This document shows positions 1-8,919 of a DNA stretch of 28,912 nucleotides, one piece after another. The notes under the pieces were generated by a model. It saw only the letters and a program-made list of their open reading frames with translations. It made no database searches and was not told the origin of the DNA. Both the position numbers and the translations under genes were made by a program. The DNA lies in IMG/VR virus record IMGVR_UViG_2579778564_000015, positions 1 to 28,912 of that record. One strand, written 5' to 3'. This stretch comes from a virus (Duplodnaviria; Heunggongvirae; Uroviricota; Caudoviricetes). The first letter of the stretch is position 1. Each line of letters begins with the position of its first letter.

Positions 1-1605
1 GATAAGACCGTCAACGCTTTTTCCTGACAGCGCCGTCAGTGTATCGTCCAGCGGCTGCTTGCCCGCCAGTTTATTCAGTACAGTGGTAGCAAAGTTCGGA
101 TCGTTACCCAGCGCGTCCGCCAGTTCCTGCAGCGTATCCAGCGACTCAGGTACGGAACCGACCAGTGCAGCAATCAGTTTACGAACAAACTCAGCGTTTG
201 CAGTCTGAAGTCCCTTAGCGTCATCTGGCGGCGTCGGTGTGGTCGGCGTTCCAGTGAATGCCGGACTGTCCAGCGGGGCTTTGGTCTGTACCTCACTCAT
301 GACAGCTTTGACCGCCTTTGGCGTGGCTGCCAGCGCTTCGCTGTCACTGTCCGTGGCACTGCTCAACTGAACTATGCCTTTTTGAGACGTGGTGCTCTCC
401 TTGATATCAAGACTCCCTGCAAAAGCCGCAGCCTCGTCTCTAAATTGTTTGGCGTCAAAAGCAGATTCACTTGCGCTGGTGCTTGCAGTTGTCGCCTTTT
501 CCACTTCTCTTTGAATTGAAGCGGTGATCTGTGCTGATGTCTGAGAGGCCGCTTTATTTGCAGCGTTATTTGCAGCGTCTTTCGCTTCTTCGCTGTATTG
601 ACGCGTGGTTTCACGAGCAGCAATAACCTCGTCTCTAAATTCGGAAATTTGAGATTTGCTGGTATCCACATCCAGCTTTAACTGGTTGGCATCTGCCGCA
701 CTTTTTGCAGCATTTGTAGCGTGGCCGCCAGCGATTTCTTTCGACTCGCTGGCGGCAGCGGCGTTTTTAGCTGATACAGTTTCAGAAGCAGCCGCCGCCT
801 CTCTAGAGCTATTTGCGGCTTCGGCATATTTTTTTGCTTCAGCAGCGTCGTTTGCCGAAGATAACGCGCTTAATGCCGACGCCTTTTCACTTTCAGATAC
901 TTTAGCTTCTGAGGCTGCTGCGTTGGTTTCAGACGCTTTTGCAGCCGCAGCACTGACTCTCGACGATGCGGCATTTTCTGCTGCGTTGGTTTCAGACGTT
1001 TTTGCGGCTAAAGCGCTAAATTCTGCTGCACTCTTACTTTCTGCTGACGAAGCCGCACTTTGAGAAGACTCATCAGCTTTGGTTGATGCGATGGAGGAAT
1101 ATTGGGAAGCAGATGCAGCACTTGCGGCAGCTTCTTTAGCCTTATCACCAGCAGCATTAATTGCTTCTGTATTATCTGTATACCATTTCAAGGCAGCATT
1201 GTGTTCGTTAACGATTTGAAGAAGTGATTTAACAGCTAATTCCGTTCCATCCTCTCGCTCAATCAAGACTTCATCTACAGCCGTAAGCCAGCTGCGCATA
1301 GCTTTAGAGTCAGTCGACATACGAGTCATTAGTGCAGTAAATCTCGCACTAAACTGTGTCAGATCGCCTTCATAAGTCGTGATAATGCGACATGGGACAT
1401 CTGTCTGCGTTTCGCCCGTATACTCCTCGACAAGAGTAAGACTGGTGTCGCTTTGTACACGTTTAATTTCGTACAATTTGTTATCAGGCCCAATAACGAT
1501 CATGCCCGGAAGTACGCCATTAGAGGTGACGTTCCAGAATGTACTCGTCCCGGTCAACGAGCGACTTCCACTTGTAAACGTTACAGTACCTTCCCTGTAC
1601 CACAT
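1..1605 (-). CDS. Side tail fibre protein, N-terminal 535 aa, running off the window edge
   Basis: Missing from the ORF track because it is open-ended. ATG at 1605 preceded by AAGGAG; no stop through base 1. Translation MWYREGTVTFTSGSRSLTG..., an Ala/Ser-rich Stf-like region (SETNAA repeats), then KGIVQLSSATDSDSEALAATPKAVK and APLDSPAFTGTPTTPTP...LDTLQELADALGNDPNFATT, typical enterobacterial fibre repeats. Confidence 0.92.
   Translation of the reverse strand, partial: MWYREGTVTFTSGSRSLTGTSTFWNVTSNGVLPGMIVIGPDNKLYEIKRVQSDTSLTLVEEYTGETQTDVPCRIITTYEGDLTQFSARFTALMTRMSTDSKAMRSWLTAVDEVLIEREDGTELAVKSLLQIVNEHNAALKWYTDNTEAINAAGDKAKEAAASAASASQYSSIASTKADESSQSAASSAESKSAAEFSALAAKTSETNAAENAASSRVSAAAAKASETNAAASEAKVSESEKASALSALSSANDAAEAKKYAEAANSSREAAAASETVSAKNAAAASESKEIAGGHATNAAKSAADANQLKLDVDTSKSQISEFRDEVIAARETTRQYSEEAKDAANNAANKAASQTSAQITASIQREVEKATTASTSASESAFDAKQFRDEAAAFAGSLDIKESTTSQKGIVQLSSATDSDSEALAATPKAVKAVMSEVQTKAPLDSPAFTGTPTTPTPPDDAKGLQTANAEFVRKLIAALVGSVPESLDTLQELADALGNDPNFATTVLNKLAGKQPLDDTLTALSGKSVDGLI
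915..998. repeat. 21-bp direct repeat CTGCTGCGTTGGTTTCAGACG (915-935, 978-998) in the Ala/Ser-rich fibre shaft
   Basis: Two exact copies 63 bp apart, each encoding SETNAA on the minus strand. Confidence 0.8.
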
Positions 1606-1620
1606 AAAATCTCCTTAATC

Positions 1621-1642
1621 TGGCTGGCATGAATACCAGCCA
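1621..1642 (-). terminator. Hairpin TGGCTGG-N8-CCAGCCA between J and the fibre gene
   Basis: 7-bp perfect stem. No clear U-tract, so a terminator role is uncertain; it could be an RNA-stability or processing hairpin. Confidence 0.4.
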
Positions 1643-1660
1643 TAAGTAATTACCTATCTA
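1639..1660. promoter_or_regulatory. Palindromic motif copy 1 (GCCATAAGTA-AT-TACCTATCTA), upstream of tail fibre
   Basis: 18 bp (1643-1660) identical to 21557-21574; 33 nt from the fibre ATG. Confidence 0.7.
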
Positions 1661-1745
1661 TTTTGTCTTATTCAAAAAAATTTTTCTACAGTGAACATTT
1701 CATGTACACATAAACGAACTCTTATTACCCCCAAAAAGGCAATCA

Positions 1746-4700
1746 TCAACTCACAAGAAATCCTGATGGGGATGACTTCGTTGTCGTGATTTGTATTCCA
1801 CTAGTAACATAACCTGCTGCTGTGTTCTGGACTGCCACTTCAATCCTAAATGTAAATTTGATATCGCCACCTCCAGAGTACATAGGCTTAAAAAAACTAA
1901 ATGGGTTAGATTTACCTGGATTTAAGACATCCTGCGTAACATAGCCAGAAGTTACGATCTCCACGCTTCTCCTGAAAATCTCCCCCCCATTAACAGAAAC
2001 AATCAGCGTACAAAGAGACCATGCGCCATTTTTACCACTACCCTCATACACCACCCCAGAATAGAAGACAGGTGGGATAGATATATGACGATCAAATGTC
2101 TGATCATCAAGCACAGTCACCGTTCTTTCTGTGGCATATCGTTTGTCTCCTATTTGTTGCAACGCGGGGAAAGTGACATTGTGGATCTTCACTATATCTC
2201 CAATTATTCTTTCCGCTTTTAACGTCCCGTTAATAGTACAAGTATCAGCAATAGTAACGTTATTTAACGTTCCTGAGTTTGCATCAATATTTCCTCTAAA
2301 TTTGCCGTTATTAAATTCAGGAGTTCCATCTTTGCGAATACACCAACCTGAAACACCTGCAACATAGTCGTAGGACTGAATTACGTTTCCAATTTTTGCA
2401 TCAGAAATCGTACCGTCCTTAATCCATGCACCGTTCATATAGGCTATGCCGTTTTCGATAACGAAAGGCGTTGTGACAGTTCCATTGACTGAGTTAACCA
2501 ACCCAAAGCGATCGGCTTGTACAAGGAACTGCGAAAGACCAGTGCTATCGATACCTAACGCGATACCTGCGACATATGTCTGACCACCTGCCGATGATGT
2601 TTCCATTTTCAGTGTCCAGGCTGCTGATACCTTTTTATTCGTGTCAGCAATAGCCTGAGCCTGTTCCTGAATTACAGCAGAATTACCATCAACCTCGGCT
2701 TTAATGGTATCAACTCGTTTACCAATGGCATTGTCAGCCTCCGCTCTAGCAGTTGATTCTGACGTTATTGCCGCACTAATATCTTTCCCTGTCTGGGCTT
2801 GCAGATTGCTAATTTGGCTTGCAAGAGCTGAATCCGAGTCGGTTCGTGCTTTCGTTTCAGTTGCTACAGCGGCTTTTATATCTTCGGCAGTTTGAGCTTT
2901 AAGAGTGCTGATTTGGCTTGCCAGTGCGCTATCAGCATCTGTTCTTGCTTGTGTCTCGCCAGCGACAGCGGCCTTAATATCATCCCCTGTCTGTGCTTGT
3001 AAACTAACAATCTGGCGTGCGAGCGATTCATCAGCTGTTACTCTTGCCTCTTGTTCAGCAATAATTGAGGCAGAAATATCATCGTTTAACTTAGTTTCCA
3101 GTTTACTTATATTGGTTGCCAAAGCCTTATCGGCTTCAACACGAGCAGTTGTTTCTTCGGTAATAGACGCTTTAATGTCCTCACCTATTTCAGCACGAAT
3201 TTCCTCTACTTTCGTTGCCATCGCAGTCATATCATCTGCAAAGGCCTTTTGAGTAGTGGCAATTTTCGCATTGTTAAACATCTGCTTATGCTGATCTTCA
3301 TCTTGTCGCAATGCCAGATCAATGTTTGTCTTAGCTAACGCCTCAATGTTCGTTGTAACTTCAGAACTTGCTCGATCAATTTCAGCAACCGTCTTTTTCA
3401 TCTCTTCAACGGCGGCAACGCTGTCATCAACGGATGACTTTAATGCCTCGATCTGCTTCGCATTTGCATTATCTCCTTCGACACGAGCTTCTTTTTCTTC
3501 TGCTACGAGAGCAGAAGCATTATCTATGGCAGCCTTGGCGGCATCTACAGCACCTGCTACTGCCTTATCCTGCTCGGATACTTTATTTTCCAGCTTAACG
3601 ATGGCTGCGTTAGTACTGTCTAATTGTTCTAACGCATCATTTACTTTATTAATCGTGCCATCAATTTCGGATTTGAGTTCAGTTTGTGCTGACTCCAGCT
3701 TATTACTGGCGATGGTAAGCTTACCATCCAGCTCACTTAGACTATCCTCCATCTCCTTATAAATTTCATTTACGGCATCTTGAGACGCTTTCGAGTTAAT
3801 ATCTTCCAGCAGTTCCTGCCCCAACTCCGAAGACGTGATCTTATCTTTCAAGAATGAAAGGATATCTTTCGTCATCGCCTCAGTACCCAAGTTTGAGTTG
3901 GGTGGACTAAGCATTCCTCGTTTGTTTGCAGCTTTGACCCAATAAAACCAAGTCTCACTATCGCCAAGACCAGAATGGGTAAACGTGGTGCTGGCGGCTT
4001 CTGCAATAAGCGTTGCCGTATCTAAATCGTTTGTTCTTGATGCGTAAACGTTAATGTGATCAAGGTCAACTGAGTCTGGGTTAACCCAATTAAGCACAAC
4101 ATTACGATAGTCCCCAACCGCTGTAAGAGACGTAGGTGATCCGGGTGGCGTCATCGTGCCAAGAACTTTATATACGGTACTGATTATTTCCGTTTTCTTA
4201 CCGCTGAACGATACCGCATAGAGCTGGATGTCATACTGCCCATTCTCGGCAATATTTTCTATCTCATACTGTTCCTCATTAACGCGAGCAGACTGCCAGT
4301 TGGATACATTATTTTCATCCGAACGGCGCCAGCTTATCCAGTATTCGGTAGACTTCCCTTCCCACGTCGCAATAAGTTTAATCGACAGATTACCAGGGCT
4401 GGAAATATAAGTTCCCTCAGTAACCTGTAGATTTGTAGGCTTTGAGTATGTTGGATCAAGTACCGTAGTATTTTGCGGTATTAGCGTAGCGCCATTATCG
4501 ATAGCCTGGTACTTTGACGGGTTGTTTTGTACTACCGTTACATCAAAAGAACCTTGATTATCACCCTGGGCCACATTAATCACACGTGCACACATTGGTT
4601 CGAGATCAGGTTCGCTGATCATCCACACGCCATTCAAAACAGGTTTATCACCCTGCAAAAGAGGCTTAGTGAACGTTACTTTGGAGATATTTTCACCTGT

Positions 4701-6377
4701 CTCCAGAATATCTCGCTCAATTAATTTGCCTTTTTCATTCACTATGCGAATGAAGCTATTGCTCTTTTTCAGAGATACTGGCGCGTCTAGTGTGATGCTG
4801 TTTTGCGTAAACGCCACGATACGGCCTGAGTTTCTCTTACCTGAGCGATACTTATTTTGAATAAGTACAGTTTCGCCAGGCATTAAAAATGCTGCATCAA
4901 GGCCTGCTGTAAACGTTATTACATCGGACTCCATCCTTGCTGTATAGAGCAACCAAAGCCCAACACGGTGCGCTTGTCCGCGACTTGTACATCCGAATGC
5001 AACAACTTCAGTCTTACGTTCGCCGTAGCGACGCATAGCCTCCTGATCTTCGACATACTCAATGTTCTGTTTATAGCCGTCATCCTTGTTGTTATAGGTC
5101 ACAAGCGCTACTGACGGGCGATCTTTTCTAGAAGAGCCCTTATGGCTAAACATGCCATCTTTAACGTTGGCATTAGTGAACATCATTACCGGATCGGACG
5201 GGCTATCCTGCATGACATTAACCATACCACCAGCCCAGAAGACCATACCTCGGAATGCGCCGGCAATATCCTGAATGAGACGATAAGCATCTTGACGACT
5301 GGTTATCTGGGTATTGATAGCAAATCGTTTCTCTTTACCGCCAAACCCATCGTCTACTTCTTCATCGCAATATCGACCTATCTGATACAGTTGCCCCAGA
5401 TCTATCATCGACTCACTAACAAATTGACCTAGCCCATATCGATGGTTTGTCAAAACGTCAAAAAGAATCCATGCAGGGTTCGATGAAGAGATGAGCTTAA
5501 ATGTACCGTCCCATACACCAACATAAGAGTTTGCGCTCTCATTGTAGTTTGAAGGTACACGGATTTTCATTCCGCGAACCAAATAAGAGCGGGATGGCAT
5601 ATTGCCACCGAACTGTTCTGAATTGACTTTGAGTCCGACCAGTGCAGAGTTCGGGTAATTCATTGGCGTATCGACAATCTCGCCGATAGAATCAACCCAT
5701 ATATCGTTATAAAGATATTGCGATGAGCTGTCATCGGTGATGCGAATTACACGTACTTTGTATGCGCGACCAGGTTTAGGTAGCTTAAATTCATAGCTAC
5801 GATAATAAACACCTGTCTTTTTGGCAGACAGTGAAATGATGATGCTATTTTCACCTTCTGCAATGACATCCTGAAAAGTTGAATCGCCATTGGCAATCTG
5901 AAACTTGTACTGGACAGTTGTGCCGTTCGTATCGCCAGACTTTTGATCGATGCTTCTTAGCGACGGGTATTTAAGGATAACCCTCACACGATCGGCTTCG
6001 TCGTTATCAACAGCAACGGTGACTTCATGTGTCTTTTTCAGCTGTATATTTACGGACTTAGGCGTTTCGACGAAATCGAAACCAGTCATTGGGGTCTGAT
6101 CTTGCGAACCGTCGCGGAAATCCCATGTTATACCGCTATAGTTAGTCGAACCGTCCTCGTTCATAATTGGCAAATCATCAATGAATATCGACTTTGCTCC
6201 ATCGACAAGCCCGCCAATAACGCCTTCACCGAGTAAATCGAGAATTGACGCCATAGCGCGAGAATTAACAGTATCGTCAGCCTCAACCGGAGTACGACTT
6301 GAGCCACTGCTTTTTTTACCACCGGCACCTGAAATTAAAAGCGGTAGCTTTTTCTTCTTGAACTGTTCCATGTTCAA
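1746..6377 (-). CDS. Tail tip / host-specificity protein, lambda J-like (1543 aa)
   Basis: GpJ-type N-terminus (DLLGEGVIGGLVDGAKSIFIDDLP), YPNSALVG, SSNPAWILFDVLTNHRYGLG, FnIII-like segments, coiled-coil repeats and a DUF1983-like region (SQFLVQADRF...PFVIENG); follows L-K-I. Confidence 0.92.
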   Translation of the reverse strand: MNMEQFKKKKLPLLISGAGGKKSSGSSRTPVEADDTVNSRAMASILDLLGEGVIGGLVDGAKSIFIDDLPIMNEDGSTNYSGITWDFRDGSQDQTPMTGFDFVETPKSVNIQLKKTHEVTVAVDNDEADRVRVILKYPSLRSIDQKSGDTNGTTVQYKFQIANGDSTFQDVIAEGENSIIISLSAKKTGVYYRSYEFKLPKPGRAYKVRVIRITDDSSSQYLYNDIWVDSIGEIVDTPMNYPNSALVGLKVNSEQFGGNMPSRSYLVRGMKIRVPSNYNESANSYVGVWDGTFKLISSSNPAWILFDVLTNHRYGLGQFVSESMIDLGQLYQIGRYCDEEVDDGFGGKEKRFAINTQITSRQDAYRLIQDIAGAFRGMVFWAGGMVNVMQDSPSDPVMMFTNANVKDGMFSHKGSSRKDRPSVALVTYNNKDDGYKQNIEYVEDQEAMRRYGERKTEVVAFGCTSRGQAHRVGLWLLYTARMESDVITFTAGLDAAFLMPGETVLIQNKYRSGKRNSGRIVAFTQNSITLDAPVSLKKSNSFIRIVNEKGKLIERDILETGENISKVTFTKPLLQGDKPVLNGVWMISEPDLEPMCARVINVAQGDNQGSFDVTVVQNNPSKYQAIDNGATLIPQNTTVLDPTYSKPTNLQVTEGTYISSPGNLSIKLIATWEGKSTEYWISWRRSDENNVSNWQSARVNEEQYEIENIAENGQYDIQLYAVSFSGKKTEIISTVYKVLGTMTPPGSPTSLTAVGDYRNVVLNWVNPDSVDLDHINVYASRTNDLDTATLIAEAASTTFTHSGLGDSETWFYWVKAANKRGMLSPPNSNLGTEAMTKDILSFLKDKITSSELGQELLEDINSKASQDAVNEIYKEMEDSLSELDGKLTIASNKLESAQTELKSEIDGTINKVNDALEQLDSTNAAIVKLENKVSEQDKAVAGAVDAAKAAIDNASALVAEEKEARVEGDNANAKQIEALKSSVDDSVAAVEEMKKTVAEIDRASSEVTTNIEALAKTNIDLALRQDEDQHKQMFNNAKIATTQKAFADDMTAMATKVEEIRAEIGEDIKASITEETTARVEADKALATNISKLETKLNDDISASIIAEQEARVTADESLARQIVSLQAQTGDDIKAAVAGETQARTDADSALASQISTLKAQTAEDIKAAVATETKARTDSDSALASQISNLQAQTGKDISAAITSESTARAEADNAIGKRVDTIKAEVDGNSAVIQEQAQAIADTNKKVSAAWTLKMETSSAGGQTYVAGIALGIDSTGLSQFLVQADRFGLVNSVNGTVTTPFVIENGIAYMNGAWIKDGTISDAKIGNVIQSYDYVAGVSGWCIRKDGTPEFNNGKFRGNIDANSGTLNNVTIADTCTINGTLKAERIIGDIVKIHNVTFPALQQIGDKRYATERTVTVLDDQTFDRHISIPPVFYSGVVYEGSGKNGAWSLCTLIVSVNGGEIFRRSVEIVTSGYVTQDVLNPGKSNPFSFFKPMYSGGGDIKFTFRIEVAVQNTAAGYVTSGIQITTTKSSPSGFLVS
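2685..3179 (-). repeat. Five tandem 33-aa (99-bp) degenerate repeats in J
   Basis: Units such as DIKAAVAGETQARTDADSALASQISTLKAQTAE, each with an E-x-x-A-R-x-x-x-D core. Confidence 0.8.
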
Positions 6378-6386
6378 AAAATCCTT

Positions 6387-6980
6387 TTACATCAGTTGAT
6401 CGATCGTGATGGAAGAACTAACCACCTGAGAACCGACCAAGATTTCCTCTCCATAAATAAGCTGTACGGGGTTTCCTTGGTTAGTTGTGTTTTGCGGACC
6501 GTCGAAGTAATACGAGTCCTTGTTATCTGCCTGACGAACAGCCTTGTTAGAGGCTTGTGGGGAAAGAAGCTGTGCTACACCGCCCATCATCAAGGACAGA
6601 CCAAGCGGAGCAAGTGCTGGGACAAAAACAGCGGAAACAACAAGCAAAGCAGCCCCAACAAGAGTCTGAAACCAGCCAAACGCTTTACCACCGCTTCCAC
6701 GAGGAACCGGTGTTATTCGGATCTTCGCAATATTGTTCGATTGCCCCATCATTTGGTATTCATTCTCATCAACCGACCATTTTTTCCCCTGCTTATTAGT
6801 GATTTGGATATGGTACTTGTCGTAGATTTTGATGTTGCGCTTCATCCATGCTTTAAAGCCTGGACGATTGGCTTCAATTAAATCCAACGCCTGTTTTGTG
6901 TTACTAACTTTTAAATGCCAATGGCGGCCGAAATGCTTGGACATAGGTCCGCCAAGTTGCACATGTACTAACTCAGACAC
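6387..6980 (-). CDS. Tail assembly protein, lambda I-like (197 aa)
   Basis: Hydrophobic Gly-rich middle, C-terminal YFDGPQNTTNQGNPVQLIYGEEILVGSQVVS; lies between K and J. Confidence 0.88.
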   Translation of the reverse strand: MSELVHVQLGGPMSKHFGRHWHLKVSNTKQALDLIEANRPGFKAWMKRNIKIYDKYHIQITNKQGKKWSVDENEYQMMGQSNNIAKIRITPVPRGSGGKAFGWFQTLVGAALLVVSAVFVPALAPLGLSLMMGGVAQLLSPQASNKAVRQADNKDSYYFDGPQNTTNQGNPVQLIYGEEILVGSQVVSSSITIDQLM

Positions 6981-7765
6981 GTCTCATCTCCCTTGAGCAA
7001 ATCCCTGTGGCGTAGATGATGGGTAGTATGTTTCTGGTACATTCCACCGTAATAAGCACGACAACTAAGACGATCGATCTGGTGATGCAAAATCATGTCG
7101 TTACCGATATACACTGCACAGTGATCAGGCATTTTCCCGTACTGAATGAAAAAGATGTCACCGCGCTGGGGCTCCGTTCCCGGCGCCAGACGAACAAGAC
7201 CTTCGTTACGGTAATTCTGATCTAAAATGTCGTTATCACCCGTGTACCATGACGGGATATGCAGATGGGCATTGGGGTTAAGCTCAACATTAAACTCACG
7301 CTTGAGATAGTCACGACACAACATCCAGCAATCGAAAACGCCAAACACATATGGGCGCCCGAGATAAGGCATTTCGAAGCCATCAGGGGTAATTACATTC
7401 ATCTCGCTGAAATGAAAATTGGCATTACCATCCACATTTTTTCGAACAGCCAGAATCATCCACGGAACCTCAGTAGCCTCACATCCAGCACGATCAGCGT
7501 CAGAAGCATCTGCTGACTCGTCAGTATGTGAATGCCAGATAGCGACCACCTCTCCTGCATCTTCTGCGGCAATGATGTCATCGACATGCATGACGAAAGT
7601 GTTTTGTGGGTTATCCGACACATTACGCGTTTCTATAAAGCGATATTTATCGCCGTTAGTACGCACCAGAAAACCACATGCTTCATTGGGGTAACGATTG
7701 ATGGCGCAAAGATAGATTTGCTCCATAACGCCAGATCCAAGCTCAGATAATGATTTAAGACCCAT
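6968..7765 (-). CDS. Tail assembly protein, lambda K-like (JAB/MPN plus NlpC/P60 domains, about 265 aa)
   Basis: YPNEACG, JAB motif WHSH...SDAD, FGVFDCW and DHCAVY. Start moved to ATG 7765 (GGAG upstream, overlaps the end of L). Confidence 0.9.
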   Translation of the reverse strand: MGLKSLSELGSGVMEQIYLCAINRYPNEACGFLVRTNGDKYRFIETRNVSDNPQNTFVMHVDDIIAAEDAGEVVAIWHSHTDESADASDADRAGCEATEVPWMILAVRKNVDGNANFHFSEMNVITPDGFEMPYLGRPYVFGVFDCWMLCRDYLKREFNVELNPNAHLHIPSWYTGDNDILDQNYRNEGLVRLAPGTEPQRGDIFFIQYGKMPDHCAVYIGNDMILHHQIDRLSCRAYYGGMYQKHTTHHLRHRDLLKGDETCLS

Positions 7766-8456
7766 AACGCGTTGCTCCAATAAATCCGCCAAAATGAATT
7801 ACGCCATTGGCAAAGAAGTTGCGGCGTGCGTTACAAGAGTCATATCTCTTAGTGCAGTAATCCTCGCCTGACATAGTGGTTTGCTGGTTATTTTTGTCGA
7901 AATACGGTCCCGTATATCCGCATTCTGGGCCTCGATATTTCCACGGACAGGTGTTTTTGATGATCTGCCTGTTTGGAAGCTGTACTCCCATCAGATCGAA
8001 CACACTAGACAGCTCGAACTCAACAACCTCATGAGTTTCGAGAGTTTTCTGTTCAACAAACCACATTTCATCTGGGAAATGTTGATTGGGATCGGCGGTT
8101 GGATTGCCATCTTTGAAATTTACTGCATCAAGAAACCGCGCAAGCGTCTGGCGTCGTGTGACTTTACAGCCAACCAAATCGTCGTTAGCCTGAACTTCAG
8201 CAGATACAGCTCCTTCAAAGTTAGAAATCTGAATTTTTGGTCGAGGCAATTTACCCTGACCAGTTTTATCAAAGCCTGACGCTTTAACTGGCCACGGTTC
8301 GTATGTTACGCCTTGCCAAACCACTGGTTCGTTCAGTTTGTTTGTGCCGGCATGAAAGTAAAGCTTGCCCCCTGAAGTAGTGTTCGTCATATCCAGCTCG
8401 AACAACTCAATGAGTGCGGAGGGCGATAAGCTTTGAATATCAGCTCTAATACCCAT
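7755..8456 (-). CDS. Minor tail protein, lambda L-like (233 aa)
   Basis: LIELFELD, PRPKIQISN, and C-terminal Cys cluster CPWKYRGPECGY...CTKRYDSC...FGGF; AAGGAAG RBS. Confidence 0.92.
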   Translation of the reverse strand: MGIRADIQSLSPSALIELFELDMTNTTSGGKLYFHAGTNKLNEPVVWQGVTYEPWPVKASGFDKTGQGKLPRPKIQISNFEGAVSAEVQANDDLVGCKVTRRQTLARFLDAVNFKDGNPTADPNQHFPDEMWFVEQKTLETHEVVEFELSSVFDLMGVQLPNRQIIKNTCPWKYRGPECGYTGPYFDKNNQQTTMSGEDYCTKRYDSCNARRNFFANGVIHFGGFIGATRYGS

Positions 8457-8475
8457 ATTTCTTCCTTGAAGTTAC

Positions 8476-8500
8476 GTGCGCCAACCTCCTGTTAGCGCAC
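8476..8500 (-). terminator. Hairpin GTGCGCTAAC-AGGAG-GTTGGCGCAC (minus strand) between M and L
   Basis: 10-bp stem with one G-U pair; weak U-tract. Confidence 0.4.
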
Positions 8501-8511
8501 CATCATAATAA

Positions 8512-8533
8512 TAGATAAGTACATACTTATCTA
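8512..8533. promoter_or_regulatory. Palindromic motif copy 2 (TAGATAAGTA-CA-TACTTATCTA), upstream of L
   Basis: Perfect inverted repeat (11 bp including 8511 and 8534) with 2-nt spacer; TATTAT -10-like hexamer at 8510-8505 on the minus strand. Confidence 0.8.
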
Positions 8534-8543
8534 TAGGTGTAAA

Positions 8544-8879
8544 TTAAGCCTCATAAATTTGTCTAAAAGTAGCGGTAAGAATTAGATGCCCTTGATAACG
8601 TTTTACCGAGTGGCTATCACATACAACCACCATTTGCTTACCACGCGGATTAGTCCAGTAAAAAGACTCTATCGCCGCGCGTTCTGTCAGGAAATCATCT
8701 ACTGCGTTAATAACCTCATGTGAACGAGTAAATGCCAAAGCCCACTCTTCTTTTATACGATTAAGTCCTTTCCCCTGACGTTGTTCGTAATCATCACCAA
8801 AATTTAATACAGATACACTCGGCTTTACCGTCTTCTCCGACTCGTAGTCCGGATACCAATTAAATGTCTTTCTTTCCAT
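8544..8879 (-). CDS. Minor tail protein, lambda M-like (111 aa)
   Basis: FGDDYEQRQGKGLN and FLTERAAIESFYWTNP motifs; immediately follows the tape measure gene. Start moved to ATG 8879 (AAGGAAGAG RBS). Confidence 0.9.
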   Translation of the reverse strand: MERKTFNWYPDYESEKTVKPSVSVLNFGDDYEQRQGKGLNRIKEEWALAFTRSHEVINAVDDFLTERAAIESFYWTNPRGKQMVVVCDSHSVKRYQGHLILTATFRQIYEA

Positions 8880-8890
8880 GACTCTTCCTT

Positions 8891-8919
8891 TAAATGCCGC
8901 CAATAATGGGCGGCATTTA
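8891..8919 (-). terminator. Hairpin TAAATGCCGCC-N7-GGCGGCATTTA after the tape measure stop
   Basis: 11-bp perfect inverted repeat directly after the stop codon. Confidence 0.55.

Noticed and set aside
1746-2300. AT-rich C-terminal end of J as a swapped receptor-binding domain
   Set aside because: Two sampled lines gave 35-38% GC, but other parts of J are also fairly AT-rich, and variable J termini are expected; cannot be shown without homologues.
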